DNA of 64,000 nt from Nanobdellati archaeon (GTDB taxonomy: Archaea; EX4484-52; GLR71). The notes below the pieces were generated by a model. That model did no database searches and was not told the DNA's origin. It saw nothing but the letters and a program-made list of their open reading frames with translations. The first letter of the stretch is position 1. Each line of letters starts with the position of its first letter. The translations under genes were made by a program, and so were the position numbers. This document shows, piece by piece, positions 49,133 through 59,237 of this stretch. Where the stretch lies: positions 64,001 through 128,000 of the forward strand of contig JAHYJO010000001.1 in the NCBI GenBank assembly GCA_019429125.1. The letters are read 5' to 3'.

Positions 49133-49645
49133 ATGTCTTTGCTTGAAAACTATTATCTTTCAAAAGATGAAATTGTGATTAATGAGGTGAAAGGAGGTAG
49201 TAGTTATCATTTTTTATTTCCTGTATTGCCTGAATTTTTACCTTTTGAAGTTGCACTTTATGGTGCTTTAGACAGAAATCTCTATATTTCTGATGATGAT
49301 TTTTATGTTGATCTTAATTCTGATGCGATTTTTGAGTTTTTTGGTAATGGTTTTCTGAAGAACCTATATCTTAAAAAGGATTGTGGTGTGATATTTTCAT
49401 CATATAATTCTAATTGTTGTCTTTATAGTAAGAATAATTTTAATATGTCTGAAGAAAAATTTAATCTGTTTTTTAGGGATATGCAACATATTGGTGAGGT
49501 GGTTATCGGTAAAGGGTCTGTATTTGAGACTAAGAATGTTTCTGATTATGGGACTGCGTGTATTTTGCGCGATTATTTGTGTCAGTTACATAATAAGGCA
49601 GTTAATCTTATTTTTGAGTCTTATCTTTCCCAAGACGTTCTTTGA
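49133..49645 (+). CDS. hypothetical protein
   Basis: ~170-aa ORF with genome-typical codon usage; 3' end overlaps dys. Confidence 0.5.
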   Translation: MSLLENYYLSKDEIVINEVKGGSSYHFLFPVLPEFLPFEVALYGALDRNLYISDDDFYVDLNSDAIFEFFGNGFLKNLYLKKDCGVIFSSYNSNCCLYSKNNFNMSEEKFNLFFRDMQHIGEVVIGKGSVFETKNVSDYGTACILRDYLCQLHNKAVNLIFESYLSQDVL

Positions 49646-50570
49646 TTGCTGCGCTCAATAATGGTAGTGCTATTGTTGCATCACAGGTCACATTAACATA
49701 TTTCGCTTTCTTGTCAAGTTTTCCCCAGGATATTCCTTCTCGTAGTTCTGCACCTGATGAACCGCCTGATTCTGGTCTGTCAGTTGTTATCTGGATTGCA
49801 TATGATGCGGCTGTTGGTGCAAATTGAAGCGCTTGCTGGATATAATTTTTTGGTACACCTCCGCCTATGTATAATACACCGTTTGTCTCTGAAGTCCAGG
49901 TTATGTCTATCATGTCTTTTAGGTCATCAAATGCGGAAACGTCAATCTTATTGTCTTGCATGTAACCCCATACTTGAAGACCTATACCTGAATCGCTTAG
50001 TGCGGGGCAGAAGATAGGAATTTTTTTGTCTGCGCAAACTTTCAGTATTGAATTTTCGTAAGGTACTTCTTTTCCTAGGAGCCAAAGGAACTCTTTTATG
50101 TTCATTTTCTCTTTTGGCATCTTGGCGAATGTTTTTTTGCAGAATTTTTCAAGGCCTTCATAGACTTCATCAGGCATGAATGCGTCATAGATTCTGTCTA
50201 CTCGTATCTTGTTTAGTTCTTCGTCGCTTATCATGTGTGTGCCTTGATAATGATGGTATCCTAGAGCTTCTACAAGGTCATGGGTTAGGTTTGCGCCTGT
50301 CGTTACGATGACATCTACCCAACCGTCTTTTAGCATGTCTATGATTATCTGTTTCTGGCCACCGGGTACCATTGCACCTGCTAGACCCAAAAATACTGTG
50401 CATTTCTTGTTTTTTATCATAATTTCCATTATGTTTGCAGCTTTGGCTATTGTGCCTGCGCCCATGACACCTGATTTATCCATCTGGTCTACAAGCTCGT
50501 TGCAGGTCATGTTTTTTTTTGTTTGTATCTGATGAACTTTCTCAAGGTCTTTGTGCATATTCTTGTGCAT
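49608..50570 (-). CDS. dys: deoxyhypusine synthase (-like)
   Basis: AGAMVPGG, TTGANLTHD, RIYD, DSGIG, GGGVPKN, GGSSGAELREGISWGK, DATIALP. Confidence 0.92.
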   Translation of the reverse strand: MHKNMHKDLEKVHQIQTKKNMTCNELVDQMDKSGVMGAGTIAKAANIMEIMIKNKKCTVFLGLAGAMVPGGQKQIIIDMLKDGWVDVIVTTGANLTHDLVEALGYHHYQGTHMISDEELNKIRVDRIYDAFMPDEVYEGLEKFCKKTFAKMPKEKMNIKEFLWLLGKEVPYENSILKVCADKKIPIFCPALSDSGIGLQVWGYMQDNKIDVSAFDDLKDMIDITWTSETNGVLYIGGGVPKNYIQQALQFAPTAASYAIQITTDRPESGGSSGAELREGISWGKLDKKAKYVNVTCDATIALPLLSAAIKERLGKDKTQK

Positions 50571-50655
50571 ATATATCACTTGAAACAATATCTATAAGTA
50601 TTATAGATGTTCTATATGTATATAAATGTTAAAAATATTATAAAGGTAATATGTT

Positions 50656-51258
50656 ATGTCAATTCTTAATAATCTCAGCAAAAGGTATCGTGAACAGAAA
50701 AATCTTATAGATGAGGGTAAATCTAGAAATCCTGAATATGTCCTTAAAAATATTGAGGCTGTGCTTGAGAATGCAAGGTCTTTTCGAAATCTAAACAGGC
50801 CACAGGCGATAAAACTCTCAAATAAGGCGATAGATGATTGTGATGTGGCACTTGTGCTGTATAGGCAAAAAGACAATATTGATATGATATTTGAGATAAA
50901 TGCTCTCAAAAGTGAGATACAGGCATTTTTGACTAATTTTTCTGTTGAGGAGATAGACCGGGCACTGCATAAGTCTGATGGTGATAATTATCTTGATGAG
51001 GCACGGCAGAAGTTTATCCTTGCACAAAAGATGAAGAATATCAGACGTGTTGAGTCAATAACTTATGCGCTTGGGTCTATTTCTCGGTATGATGATGCGC
51101 TTATTTTTTTCAAACAGGAAAGTATCCCACGCAAGGATATTGCTGAGGCTGAAAAAAACGGAGTTCTTGAATTCTTGCAATTGTTTACGGAGGATGAGAT
51201 TGCCGATGCAAAAAAGCTTGTGCTTAAGAATAAGGATTCTGATTTGTCTGATTTTTAG
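50656..51258 (+). CDS. hypothetical all-helical protein with internal duplication
   Basis: Two ~85-aa units each ending FL..F...EI..A. Confidence 0.65.
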   Translation: MSILNNLSKRYREQKNLIDEGKSRNPEYVLKNIEAVLENARSFRNLNRPQAIKLSNKAIDDCDVALVLYRQKDNIDMIFEINALKSEIQAFLTNFSVEEIDRALHKSDGDNYLDEARQKFILAQKMKNIRRVESITYALGSISRYDDALIFFKQESIPRKDIAEAEKNGVLEFLQLFTEDEIADAKKLVLKNKDSDLSDF

Positions 51259-51261
51259 GGA

Positions 51262-51343
51262 TTACGGGACTCCGTAAGGTTTTGTATTATTTTCTTACGG
51301 AAAAGCGTAAGGTTTTTGAATCAAAGTTTACGGAAAAGCGTAA
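51262..51343. promoter_or_regulatory. three palindromic TTACG-N6-CGTAA sites at exact 33-bp period upstream of a TATA box
   Basis: Starts at 51262, 51295, 51328; TTTATATA at ~51355. Confidence 0.75.
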
Positions 51344-51400
51344 AGTTTAGGATTTTTATATATATAGATTGTGCATAAATAAATTATATTGGTAATTATT

Positions 51401-52219
51401 ATGAATAAAAAGATGATGCTTCTATTTTCGTTATTTGTTCTATCTTTTGTCTTTATTTCTGGGACAGTTTATGCTTTTAGTTTTGGTGATGTGTATTCTG
51501 TCTTATTCGGGTCAGTCTTGTCAGTTTTTGATACTTCTGATACTGTTCCTGTCATAAATGCTGCATATCTTGATAAGCAGAAGTATATGCCCGGTGAGCA
51601 GATGATTGTGACTGCGTCAGTTTCAGGTGCAAAATATGTCAAGGCATATATTGAGACTGATGTCGGTGTTGATGAGGTTGACATGGTTTTAGTTACAGGT
51701 ACAAAAGAAGATGGTACCTGGCAGGTTGCGTGGACGTTGCATGATACTGTTACTAAAGAATATTTTACAAAGATTGTGGCTGTTTCAAAAGATGATATTG
51801 AGGATGAAAAAGTTCTTATTTGGGCTGATCCTACAGTGAGTCATTCATGGGATGAAACTGTATGTGATAATAATTTATGTGTGGATACAATTAATAATCG
51901 TATTGGGATTGGGATTACTACACCTATTGAAACATTAGATGTTGTTGGAAATATTAAAATCAAAGATGGTACTCAGGCGGATGGAAAAGTTTTAACTTCT
52001 GATGCTGATGGATTGGCTAGTTGGCAAGAGGTGAGTGGGGGGGTAATTCCTTCTATGATTGTTGCTTTAGCAAATGTGACTTGTGATACACGATGTGCAA
52101 ATGTTGGAAAAACTTGTTGGGGTGCATTTGAGACAAATGGTATTCCTCAGACGTACCCAATTTCTTGTTCATATTCTATGAATCCAACAAGCTTTATTCT
52201 ATCTTGTTTTTGTTATTAA
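51401..52219 (+). CDS. secreted protein: Ig-like domain, fibre-like GIG.TTP repeat, Cys-rich C-terminal domain
   Basis: Signal peptide; RIGIGITTPIETLDVVG, GKVLTSDADGLASW; TCDTRC...C...C...CFC. Confidence 0.75.
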   Translation: MNKKMMLLFSLFVLSFVFISGTVYAFSFGDVYSVLFGSVLSVFDTSDTVPVINAAYLDKQKYMPGEQMIVTASVSGAKYVKAYIETDVGVDEVDMVLVTGTKEDGTWQVAWTLHDTVTKEYFTKIVAVSKDDIEDEKVLIWADPTVSHSWDETVCDNNLCVDTINNRIGIGITTPIETLDVVGNIKIKDGTQADGKVLTSDADGLASWQEVSGGVIPSMIVALANVTCDTRCANVGKTCWGAFETNGIPQTYPISCSYSMNPTSFILSCFCY

Positions 52220-52460
52220 AATATATTAATTTTCATAAGAACCAAACCAATTTGTTATTTTGTCTATTATCTATCGCAATGGAAAAATTATATTGGTTTT
52301 TTGTTTGTTGTAGTAGGTATTTAACAGGCAATAAATTTATTGTGTATCGAACCGGGTTGAAATAGGTTCCTTTTAATTGTATACTTATTTTGGGTTTTAT
52401 TCAGTTCGAATATTTGATTTTGGGCAATATCTTTTATTTTTAATCTGTTAAATCTTGTCT

Positions 52461-54803
52461 ATGCAACTTGATGAAATCTCGTCTAAATATCCAGTTCTTG
52501 AACCAGTCATTAAGATAATAAAAGAAAAGGAAGGTATTACATCTCTTTTTCCGCCACAGGCTGATGCGGTTCGTGCAGGATATCTTGACGGGAAAAATAT
52601 GCTTCTTGCAATTCCTACTAGTGCGGGCAAGACTTTAGTTTCTGAGCTTGCAGCGCTTAAAGTAGTTCTTGAAACGCGCAAGAAAGTGCTTTATCTGGTG
52701 CCACTTAAGGCGCTAGCTATGGAGAAATATCATGATTTCAAAGAAAAATATGAGTCAATCTGTGTCAAGACGGCGGTTAGTATCGGCAATTTTGATGGAC
52801 GTGACCAATGGCTCTCTGAGTTTGATATAATTGTGACTTCAGTTGAAAAGGCGGATAGTCTCTTACGGCACAAGGCGGAATGGTTTTCTGATATTGGTCT
52901 TGTGATAGCTGATGAGGTGCATCTTTTGGATGATCCGTCTCGTGGTCCGACATTAGAGATTGTGCTTACGCGAATTAATGAGATTGCGTCTGCGCAGGTG
53001 ATAGCGCTTTCGGCTACTATAAACAATCGTCGTGAGCTTGCAGATTGGCTCAATGCTATTCTTGTTGAATCGGATTTCAGGCCGACTGTGCTTCATGAGG
53101 GGTATGTTTCAGAGGGTAAGGTTGTTTTTTCAGGTAATACAAGACCGTCTTTTTCATTGCCTAAAGTCTCAGACACACTTGATGCAGTCATTTCTAAAGT
53201 TGCAGAGGACAATAAGCAAGGGATTATTTTTGTGTCATCTAAAAAGAGTGCGGAAAAAGTTTCTGAAGATATTGCTAAGATAATTGTTAAAGTTTTGTCT
53301 GCGACTGAAAAGATTAAGCTTTTGGAACTTTCAGAATCAATATTGCGTTGTGTGTCAAGTCCGACAACTCAATGCAGGCGGCTTGCGCGTGTGGTTAAAA
53401 GTGGTTCTGCATTTCATCATAGTGGTCTTATTCATAGCCAGAAAGCGCTTGTTGAAGATGCGTTTAGGTCGGGCATATTGAAATTTGTGTCTGCGACAAC
53501 TACGCTGGCTTATGGTATGAATCTTCCTTGTGATTATGTCATTATGCGCGATGTCAAGAGATTTTATGGAACTCGTGGGTATGATTACATACCTGTGTTG
53601 GAATATAAGCAGTGTGTAGGTCGTGCGGGTCGTGCCAAGTATTCAAAAGAGGGTAGTTCGGTCATTATTACAAAAAATTCTGATGATGCCCGCGAGTTTG
53701 AAAAGATATTTATTAATGGGCTTCCTGAAAATATTTATTCTAAATTGTCTCTTGAGCCTGTTCTTCGTATTCATCTATTAAGCCTTATCGCAACAGGGCA
53801 TGTGAAGATGGTGTCTGATCTTGAGGCGTTTATCTCAAAGACGTTTTATGCGCATCAGTTTAAGGATCTTCGCGAGCTTTTCTTAAAGATTGAGGCTATG
53901 ATGGATATGCTTTCTGAGTTTGGTATGGTTAAATCTTTTGATGGTAAACTTATCGCTACACCTTTCGGGCTTCGTGTTGCTGAGCTTTATATTGATCCTT
54001 TGACTGCGGATATGTTTGCGCGAGCTATAAAGCAGTCATTTGTGATTGCTGATAATATGGATTCGTTAGGTACGGTATCTAAAGATAAAGTTGTTGATAA
54101 GGTGGATGTATTGGGTTTTGTATCAGGGGCAAAGATTCTTGAAGAGAAGTCAAAAGTTCTTAATAATTTTAGCATATTTAATCTTCTGTCGCAGGCGCTT
54201 GAGTTAAGACCTGCGGTTCGCGCTAAAAAGGCTGATGTTGAAATGCTGGAAGAAGTTGTCAGTTCCTGTTCAAAAAATATATTGGTTAATGTGCCATCGC
54301 AATGGGACTGGGAACGGAAGGCATTTTTGGATTCTGTTAAGACTGCGCTTCTTTTTGATGCGTGGATAAAAGAGAATACTGAAGATTTCATCTGCAAGCA
54401 TTATTATGTTACTCCTGGTGAATTTAAGATTAAGCTTGATAATGCTGACTGGTTGCTTTATTCAATTTGTGAATTTTCTAAGCTTTTTGAGTTGAAAGAT
54501 GTTTTTAGGGTTGTCAGTCGTCTTCGGGTGCAGCTTAAAAATGGTGTGTCTTCTGAGTTATTGAAACTTGTTGTTGTGAAAGGGATTGGTAGGGTTCGGG
54601 CTCGCGCTCTTTATGATAAGGGTTTCAGGTCGGCGTCAGATGTTCGTGGTGGAGATGTTTCTGTTCTTGAGAAGATTGTAGGCAAGAAGACTGCGATGAA
54701 GCTGAAAGGGTTGAATGTTGATGGGGTTGGTGATGATGAACAAAAGGTTGTGTTAAAGTCTGCTAAAAATAAAGGTTTGCAAAAAAGTCTTTCTGATTTT
54801 TGA
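52461..54803 (+). CDS. hel308: Ski2-like ATP-dependent DNA helicase Hel308
   Basis: PTSAGKT, DEVH, SAT, FHHSGL, TTLAYGMNLP, GRAGR, GIGRVRAR. Confidence 0.92.
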   Translation: MQLDEISSKYPVLEPVIKIIKEKEGITSLFPPQADAVRAGYLDGKNMLLAIPTSAGKTLVSELAALKVVLETRKKVLYLVPLKALAMEKYHDFKEKYESICVKTAVSIGNFDGRDQWLSEFDIIVTSVEKADSLLRHKAEWFSDIGLVIADEVHLLDDPSRGPTLEIVLTRINEIASAQVIALSATINNRRELADWLNAILVESDFRPTVLHEGYVSEGKVVFSGNTRPSFSLPKVSDTLDAVISKVAEDNKQGIIFVSSKKSAEKVSEDIAKIIVKVLSATEKIKLLELSESILRCVSSPTTQCRRLARVVKSGSAFHHSGLIHSQKALVEDAFRSGILKFVSATTTLAYGMNLPCDYVIMRDVKRFYGTRGYDYIPVLEYKQCVGRAGRAKYSKEGSSVIITKNSDDAREFEKIFINGLPENIYSKLSLEPVLRIHLLSLIATGHVKMVSDLEAFISKTFYAHQFKDLRELFLKIEAMMDMLSEFGMVKSFDGKLIATPFGLRVAELYIDPLTADMFARAIKQSFVIADNMDSLGTVSKDKVVDKVDVLGFVSGAKILEEKSKVLNNFSIFNLLSQALELRPAVRAKKADVEMLEEVVSSCSKNILVNVPSQWDWERKAFLDSVKTALLFDAWIKENTEDFICKHYYVTPGEFKIKLDNADWLLYSICEFSKLFELKDVFRVVSRLRVQLKNGVSSELLKLVVVKGIGRVRARALYDKGFRSASDVRGGDVSVLEKIVGKKTAMKLKGLNVDGVGDDEQKVVLKSAKNKGLQKSLSDF

Positions 54804-54868
54804 GCGTTTTTATTCTGTTTGAAATGAAATATATATATCAATTCGAATTAAATGTATAATAGAGAATT

Positions 54869-57800
54869 ATGTATTTTCAAAAATCGGGTTGCATTATTGT
54901 CTTAATTTTATCTATCTTAATTATGTCTGTCAGTGTATTTGCAGTCGATGGTATTTTGATTTGGACAGCAGATAATGATTGGGATGGTGGAATATACATC
55001 AATATGTTCTCCAATTCTGGCAATTTAGTACTTTCTGGTTTTTTTAATGAGTATAGTGATTGGTTATATCAAAATAAGATTATAGTTAATAATACAGGGA
55101 ATGTTGAGGATATTACTGATTATCAAGTTCTTGTAAATCTTAGTTCATCTGATTTTGATTTTTCAGCAACAACATCTAATGGTGATGATATAAGATTTAC
55201 TTGGTTAAATGAAACTTCAGATGTAGAACAGAAAATATATTTTTGGATAGAGTCATGGGACTCAACTGCTGAAGAAGCATTAATCTGGGTAAAAGTGCCC
55301 TATGTTGCATCAAGTACAAATGGGTCTATTTATATTTATTATGGGAATCAGTCTGCAAGTTCTGAAAGTAATTTTTCTTCAATTACTGAAAATTTCTGGT
55401 TAAATCTGACAAGTTACAGTGCAACACCATCTATACAGACACCTTATTCCTTTACTGTTGAATCTGACCGGAATAGTTGGGGTGGTGGTACATGGAGCAC
55501 CGGATATAATGGAATTCGGTTCAATTATACAAATACACAGGACATTTTTGTTATGAATTTTACAACGAAATTTACATTATTCAATAATCCCGGTTCATAT
55601 TTGGATCGTTCTGTTTATTTTCTTGATGTTTATACTATAGACAATAATATGATTTTTTCAATGTTTCGATATGGTAATACAATGTATATTTATGACGGTG
55701 TACAACCCTGGACTTTTAGTACTATAAGAAATACCGCATACAGTAAAAATATAGGTGCTATGAATACTGGGACTGAATATGATATAGGTCTAATTTTTGA
55801 TGGAACTATCTGGTCTGTATATGTAGACAGTGTATTGAAAAGAACAATTACACAGTCGACATTTAAGAATAGTCCTGCCGGATGGCTGAGTATAACTGGA
55901 AGACCAACTACAAATTTTAATGGCGCTTCAGATACTGAAAATCAGATAACAATAAAGTCAGATACTTTTTATCAGAATCAATACACATTAACCGAACCAA
56001 ATACAATAATTTATTCACAAGAAATTCCTCTGATAATAGGTCAGTATACCTCAAACACTATAGACACGCTTAACATCATTTCAAGACTCAAGGCGACATG
56101 GAACACATCAGACAGCTGGGCATACAAGAAAGAGATAAATATCTCAAACACTGGTGCAGAACTCACAGACTATCAGTTTAAGATAATTATTGATAAAGAG
56201 ATTAGCATGAATGCAGACTATTCTGATCTGCGATTCACAGATAATAACAATTATCAATTGAATTACTGGGTTGAAGAGAATAACATAGTCCATGCTATCG
56301 TCTGGGTAAAAGTAAATCTTTCTGCGTTTACTAATACAACAATTAATGTGTATTATGGTAATCCTTATGCGACAAGTAAAAGTAATGAGAGTAATATATT
56401 TTTATTTTACGATGATTTCTCTAGCAGTTCTTTCATAAGTTATGAGAATGACTGTAAGCCGGATTCTATGAGCACGTCAACAACTCAATCCGGCACATAT
56501 TATACCGCCCCTTATGGGGCGTTTATTGATACTGGGTATAATGGTTTTTGTGGTGATGCTGGGCTTGTGAAAGAGATAACACTTCCGGATATTTCTGGAA
56601 ATATTTCTATTGCATTTGCGATAAAAGGTTGGGGTGCGTTTTGGTCAGGTTCAAGAGGGATTATTATTGAGCGTGATGGTTATGATTATGGCCCCAAAGC
56701 CTGCGATTTAGGTCAGACATATTTTTGGCTTGCGTGTGCAACACGACGCGGAAATAGTTGTGGTAGCCTAACACATCCTGAGACAGGACTTTTATATACT
56801 CCGCCAATAATTACTGGGAGTTGGCAAGAATTTACTCGAGATATAACTCCTTTTTCTGGAAAGACTTTTAGGTTAAGGATATTGACACATGATTATTCTA
56901 ATATTTATTGTAATTTTGGTGATCATGCTCAAGACTTATGGGTTGATGATATAAAAATAAAAAAAGATACAGAAATTAAACCAACTATCTCAACTGTAAG
57001 TCCACCTATGTCAGGTGATATCTCCGTCGAATTCAGTGCAGACGGAACTAATTGGCTTGAAATATCAAATAACACAAATTACACAATAGGTGGTGGTATC
57101 GGTTCAGGCACAGAAATCCGGTACCGCATAAACATGTTGACATTGAATGCTCGCCAATCACCAAAAGTTCATGATATAACTTTAGAATATGATTCTGGTT
57201 TTAATTCTTGTGGCAGTTTATCTGATGAAAATAGACAGTATCTGTTAAATAATGATGTGTCTGCATCAGGAACTTGTTTTACGATTGATGCGGACAATAT
57301 AACTCTTGATTGTCAAGGATATATTATTAATTATTCACAAAGCGGGGTTGGTTACGGGGTTGAGGTAAATAGTGGTTATGATAATATTACTGTTAAAAAT
57401 TGTAATATTGTGCAAGGGAGTGAAACAGATAATTCATATGCTGTTGATTTATCTTCAAGTTGGGATAGTGTGTTATTAAATAATACAATTACAACTGTCG
57501 GTGATAATAGTTATGGTATTTATTTTTCAAATTCTAAAAATAATACAGTGTATAATACTTATTTTTCTGTTGTTGATGATGTTGATATCTATGTGCGCGG
57601 AACTGGAAACTATAAAAATGTTATAATTAATTCAACTTTTGATGTTGATGAGATTTATTTTGAATCTGATAATTCTGGCAGTATTGAAGTCTTATTTTAT
57701 TTTAATCTATATGTGAACGATTCAAATGGAAGTTCTATAGAGGGTGTAAATGTGACTGTTTGGCAGATTGATGGCACTTTTGAATTTAGTATGCTTACGG

Positions 57801-58966
57801 ATGTTTCTGGAAATATAGAGACACAAATCTTGTCAGATTTTATGCAGAATTATACTGCTAAATATATTAGTGATTATGTTATGAATATTACTAAATCTGG
57901 TTATGTGCCGATTTCGATGCCTGTTACATCGAGTTTTAAATCCATTAATGTTACACTTTTGGTTAATAATCCACCACAAATAACTATTGATTCACCATTG
58001 AACAGTCTATATAATCATCAAGCAATCTGGTTTAATATTAGTGTGACTGATGATTGGAATTTAATTGATTGGTGTGGTTATAGTCTTAATGGTTCAGAGA
58101 ATGTAACTATGTATGAAGATTCTCTTGATCATTTTTCGTTATTAAATGATACTGTATTTGTTGGATCTTATGACCTTGTATTTTATTGCAATGATACTTA
58201 TGGTCTTTATAATAGTACTGATATGATTTATTTTGAAGTATTATATGATTGTATGAGTGATTCGGATTGTTCTCTTGTGGGGGATATTTGTATACAGAAT
58301 GGTTGTGTTGATATAGGTTGTACTGAGTTTTGTACTTATAATGTTGATACTTTGTGTCATTCGGATTGTCATAAGGTAAATGGTTGTGATTTTTATGATA
58401 GTGTCGCTGAAACAGTTTGTAATAATAAACCTTATGGTCAATGGGTTGTTTATGATGCTACTCAGGTCATAAATTGCTGTGAAGGTATACCTAAAACATC
58501 ATATGAACCTGATGTGACTTATGCAGGGCTTAATCCGTTAACGGTTTATCTGGGGGATGTGGCTGATGTTGTTGTGTCTATCAGGAATAGGAATGATTTT
58601 GAAGATACTTTTACTGTTTCTCTTGAGAGTGCATCAACTCTTAAATATTGGTCATGGTTTGCAACACATAAAAATGATGAGAAAAGAATGAGTATGGATA
58701 TGTCTTTTAAGCCATATGAGCAGAAGTTTGTAAGTCTTAAGGTGTTAGGTGCAACGGACGGTTGCTTTAAAGGCGGTTCTTCTTTAGGTATTAATGTGAT
58801 TACTTCGTTTGGTAAGTCTGATAAAGAATATATTGAAGTATGTATGTTACCATCTAAAACATCTAAGTCATTTAGTCGGAATGTTTCTGGGCTGAACTAT
58901 ATTGGTTTTATTATCTTGATTCTTATGTCTCTTGTAATCTATAATTTTAGAGCTAATAAAGTTTGA
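54869..58966 (+). CDS. large surface protein with two DUF2341-like domains, beta-helix-like and Cys-rich regions, C-terminal TM
   Basis: DYQV...DIRFT...YFWIE...IWVKV...YYGN repeated twice; CFTIDADNITLDC. Confidence 0.85.
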   Translation: MYFQKSGCIIVLILSILIMSVSVFAVDGILIWTADNDWDGGIYINMFSNSGNLVLSGFFNEYSDWLYQNKIIVNNTGNVEDITDYQVLVNLSSSDFDFSATTSNGDDIRFTWLNETSDVEQKIYFWIESWDSTAEEALIWVKVPYVASSTNGSIYIYYGNQSASSESNFSSITENFWLNLTSYSATPSIQTPYSFTVESDRNSWGGGTWSTGYNGIRFNYTNTQDIFVMNFTTKFTLFNNPGSYLDRSVYFLDVYTIDNNMIFSMFRYGNTMYIYDGVQPWTFSTIRNTAYSKNIGAMNTGTEYDIGLIFDGTIWSVYVDSVLKRTITQSTFKNSPAGWLSITGRPTTNFNGASDTENQITIKSDTFYQNQYTLTEPNTIIYSQEIPLIIGQYTSNTIDTLNIISRLKATWNTSDSWAYKKEINISNTGAELTDYQFKIIIDKEISMNADYSDLRFTDNNNYQLNYWVEENNIVHAIVWVKVNLSAFTNTTINVYYGNPYATSKSNESNIFLFYDDFSSSSFISYENDCKPDSMSTSTTQSGTYYTAPYGAFIDTGYNGFCGDAGLVKEITLPDISGNISIAFAIKGWGAFWSGSRGIIIERDGYDYGPKACDLGQTYFWLACATRRGNSCGSLTHPETGLLYTPPIITGSWQEFTRDITPFSGKTFRLRILTHDYSNIYCNFGDHAQDLWVDDIKIKKDTEIKPTISTVSPPMSGDISVEFSADGTNWLEISNNTNYTIGGGIGSGTEIRYRINMLTLNARQSPKVHDITLEYDSGFNSCGSLSDENRQYLLNNDVSASGTCFTIDADNITLDCQGYIINYSQSGVGYGVEVNSGYDNITVKNCNIVQGSETDNSYAVDLSSSWDSVLLNNTITTVGDNSYGIYFSNSKNNTVYNTYFSVVDDVDIYVRGTGNYKNVIINSTFDVDEIYFESDNSGSIEVLFYFNLYVNDSNGSSIEGVNVTVWQIDGTFEFSMLTDVSGNIETQILSDFMQNYTAKYISDYVMNITKSGYVPISMPVTSSFKSINVTLLVNNPPQITIDSPLNSLYNHQAIWFNISVTDDWNLIDWCGYSLNGSENVTMYEDSLDHFSLLNDTVFVGSYDLVFYCNDTYGLYNSTDMIYFEVLYDCMSDSDCSLVGDICIQNGCVDIGCTEFCTYNVDTLCHSDCHKVNGCDFYDSVAETVCNNKPYGQWVVYDATQVINCCEGIPKTSYEPDVTYAGLNPLTVYLGDVADVVVSIRNRNDFEDTFTVSLESASTLKYWSWFATHKNDEKRMSMDMSFKPYEQKFVSLKVLGATDGCFKGGSSLGINVITSFGKSDKEYIEVCMLPSKTSKSFSRNVSGLNYIGFIILILMSLVIYNFRANKV

Positions 58967-59020
58967 ATTTTAATTGATAATTTTTGAATTTAGTTAGTGA
59001 GAAATTAAAAAAATAGAAGA

Positions 59021-59147
59021 TGGGCTCGAAGGGGTTTGAACCCTCGACTTCCGGCTCTCCAAGACCAATACTTAGGAAAGCAAGTTCCGAATTTATGAAA
59101 CGTGGCCATATAAGACCGGCGCTCCAACCAGACTGAGCTACGAGCCC
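59021..59147 (-). tRNA. tRNA-Ile(TAT) with a 52-nt intron at 37/38 (59057-59108)
   Basis: GGGCTCG acceptor, CCGGT-CT-TAT-A|intron|A-GCCGG, GTTCAAAC; BHB-like junction GGCCA/TGGTC. Confidence 0.88.
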
Positions 59148-59237
59148 TTCTATTAAAAGTTATTGCAAAACCAATATAAAGTTTAGCAACATTTATCTGA
59201 TTTAATAGACAATTTTATATATATTGTGGCGTTTGGC

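Noticed and set aside
51262-51343. Mini CRISPR array
   Set aside because: The 33-bp period is too short (repeat ~19, spacer ~14) and there are no cas genes; no CRISPR array was seen anywhere in the window
52219-52330. DGR variable/template region (NYIGF-like stretch)
   Set aside because: No reverse transcriptase, no TR/VR pair differing at adenines, and no GFR motif
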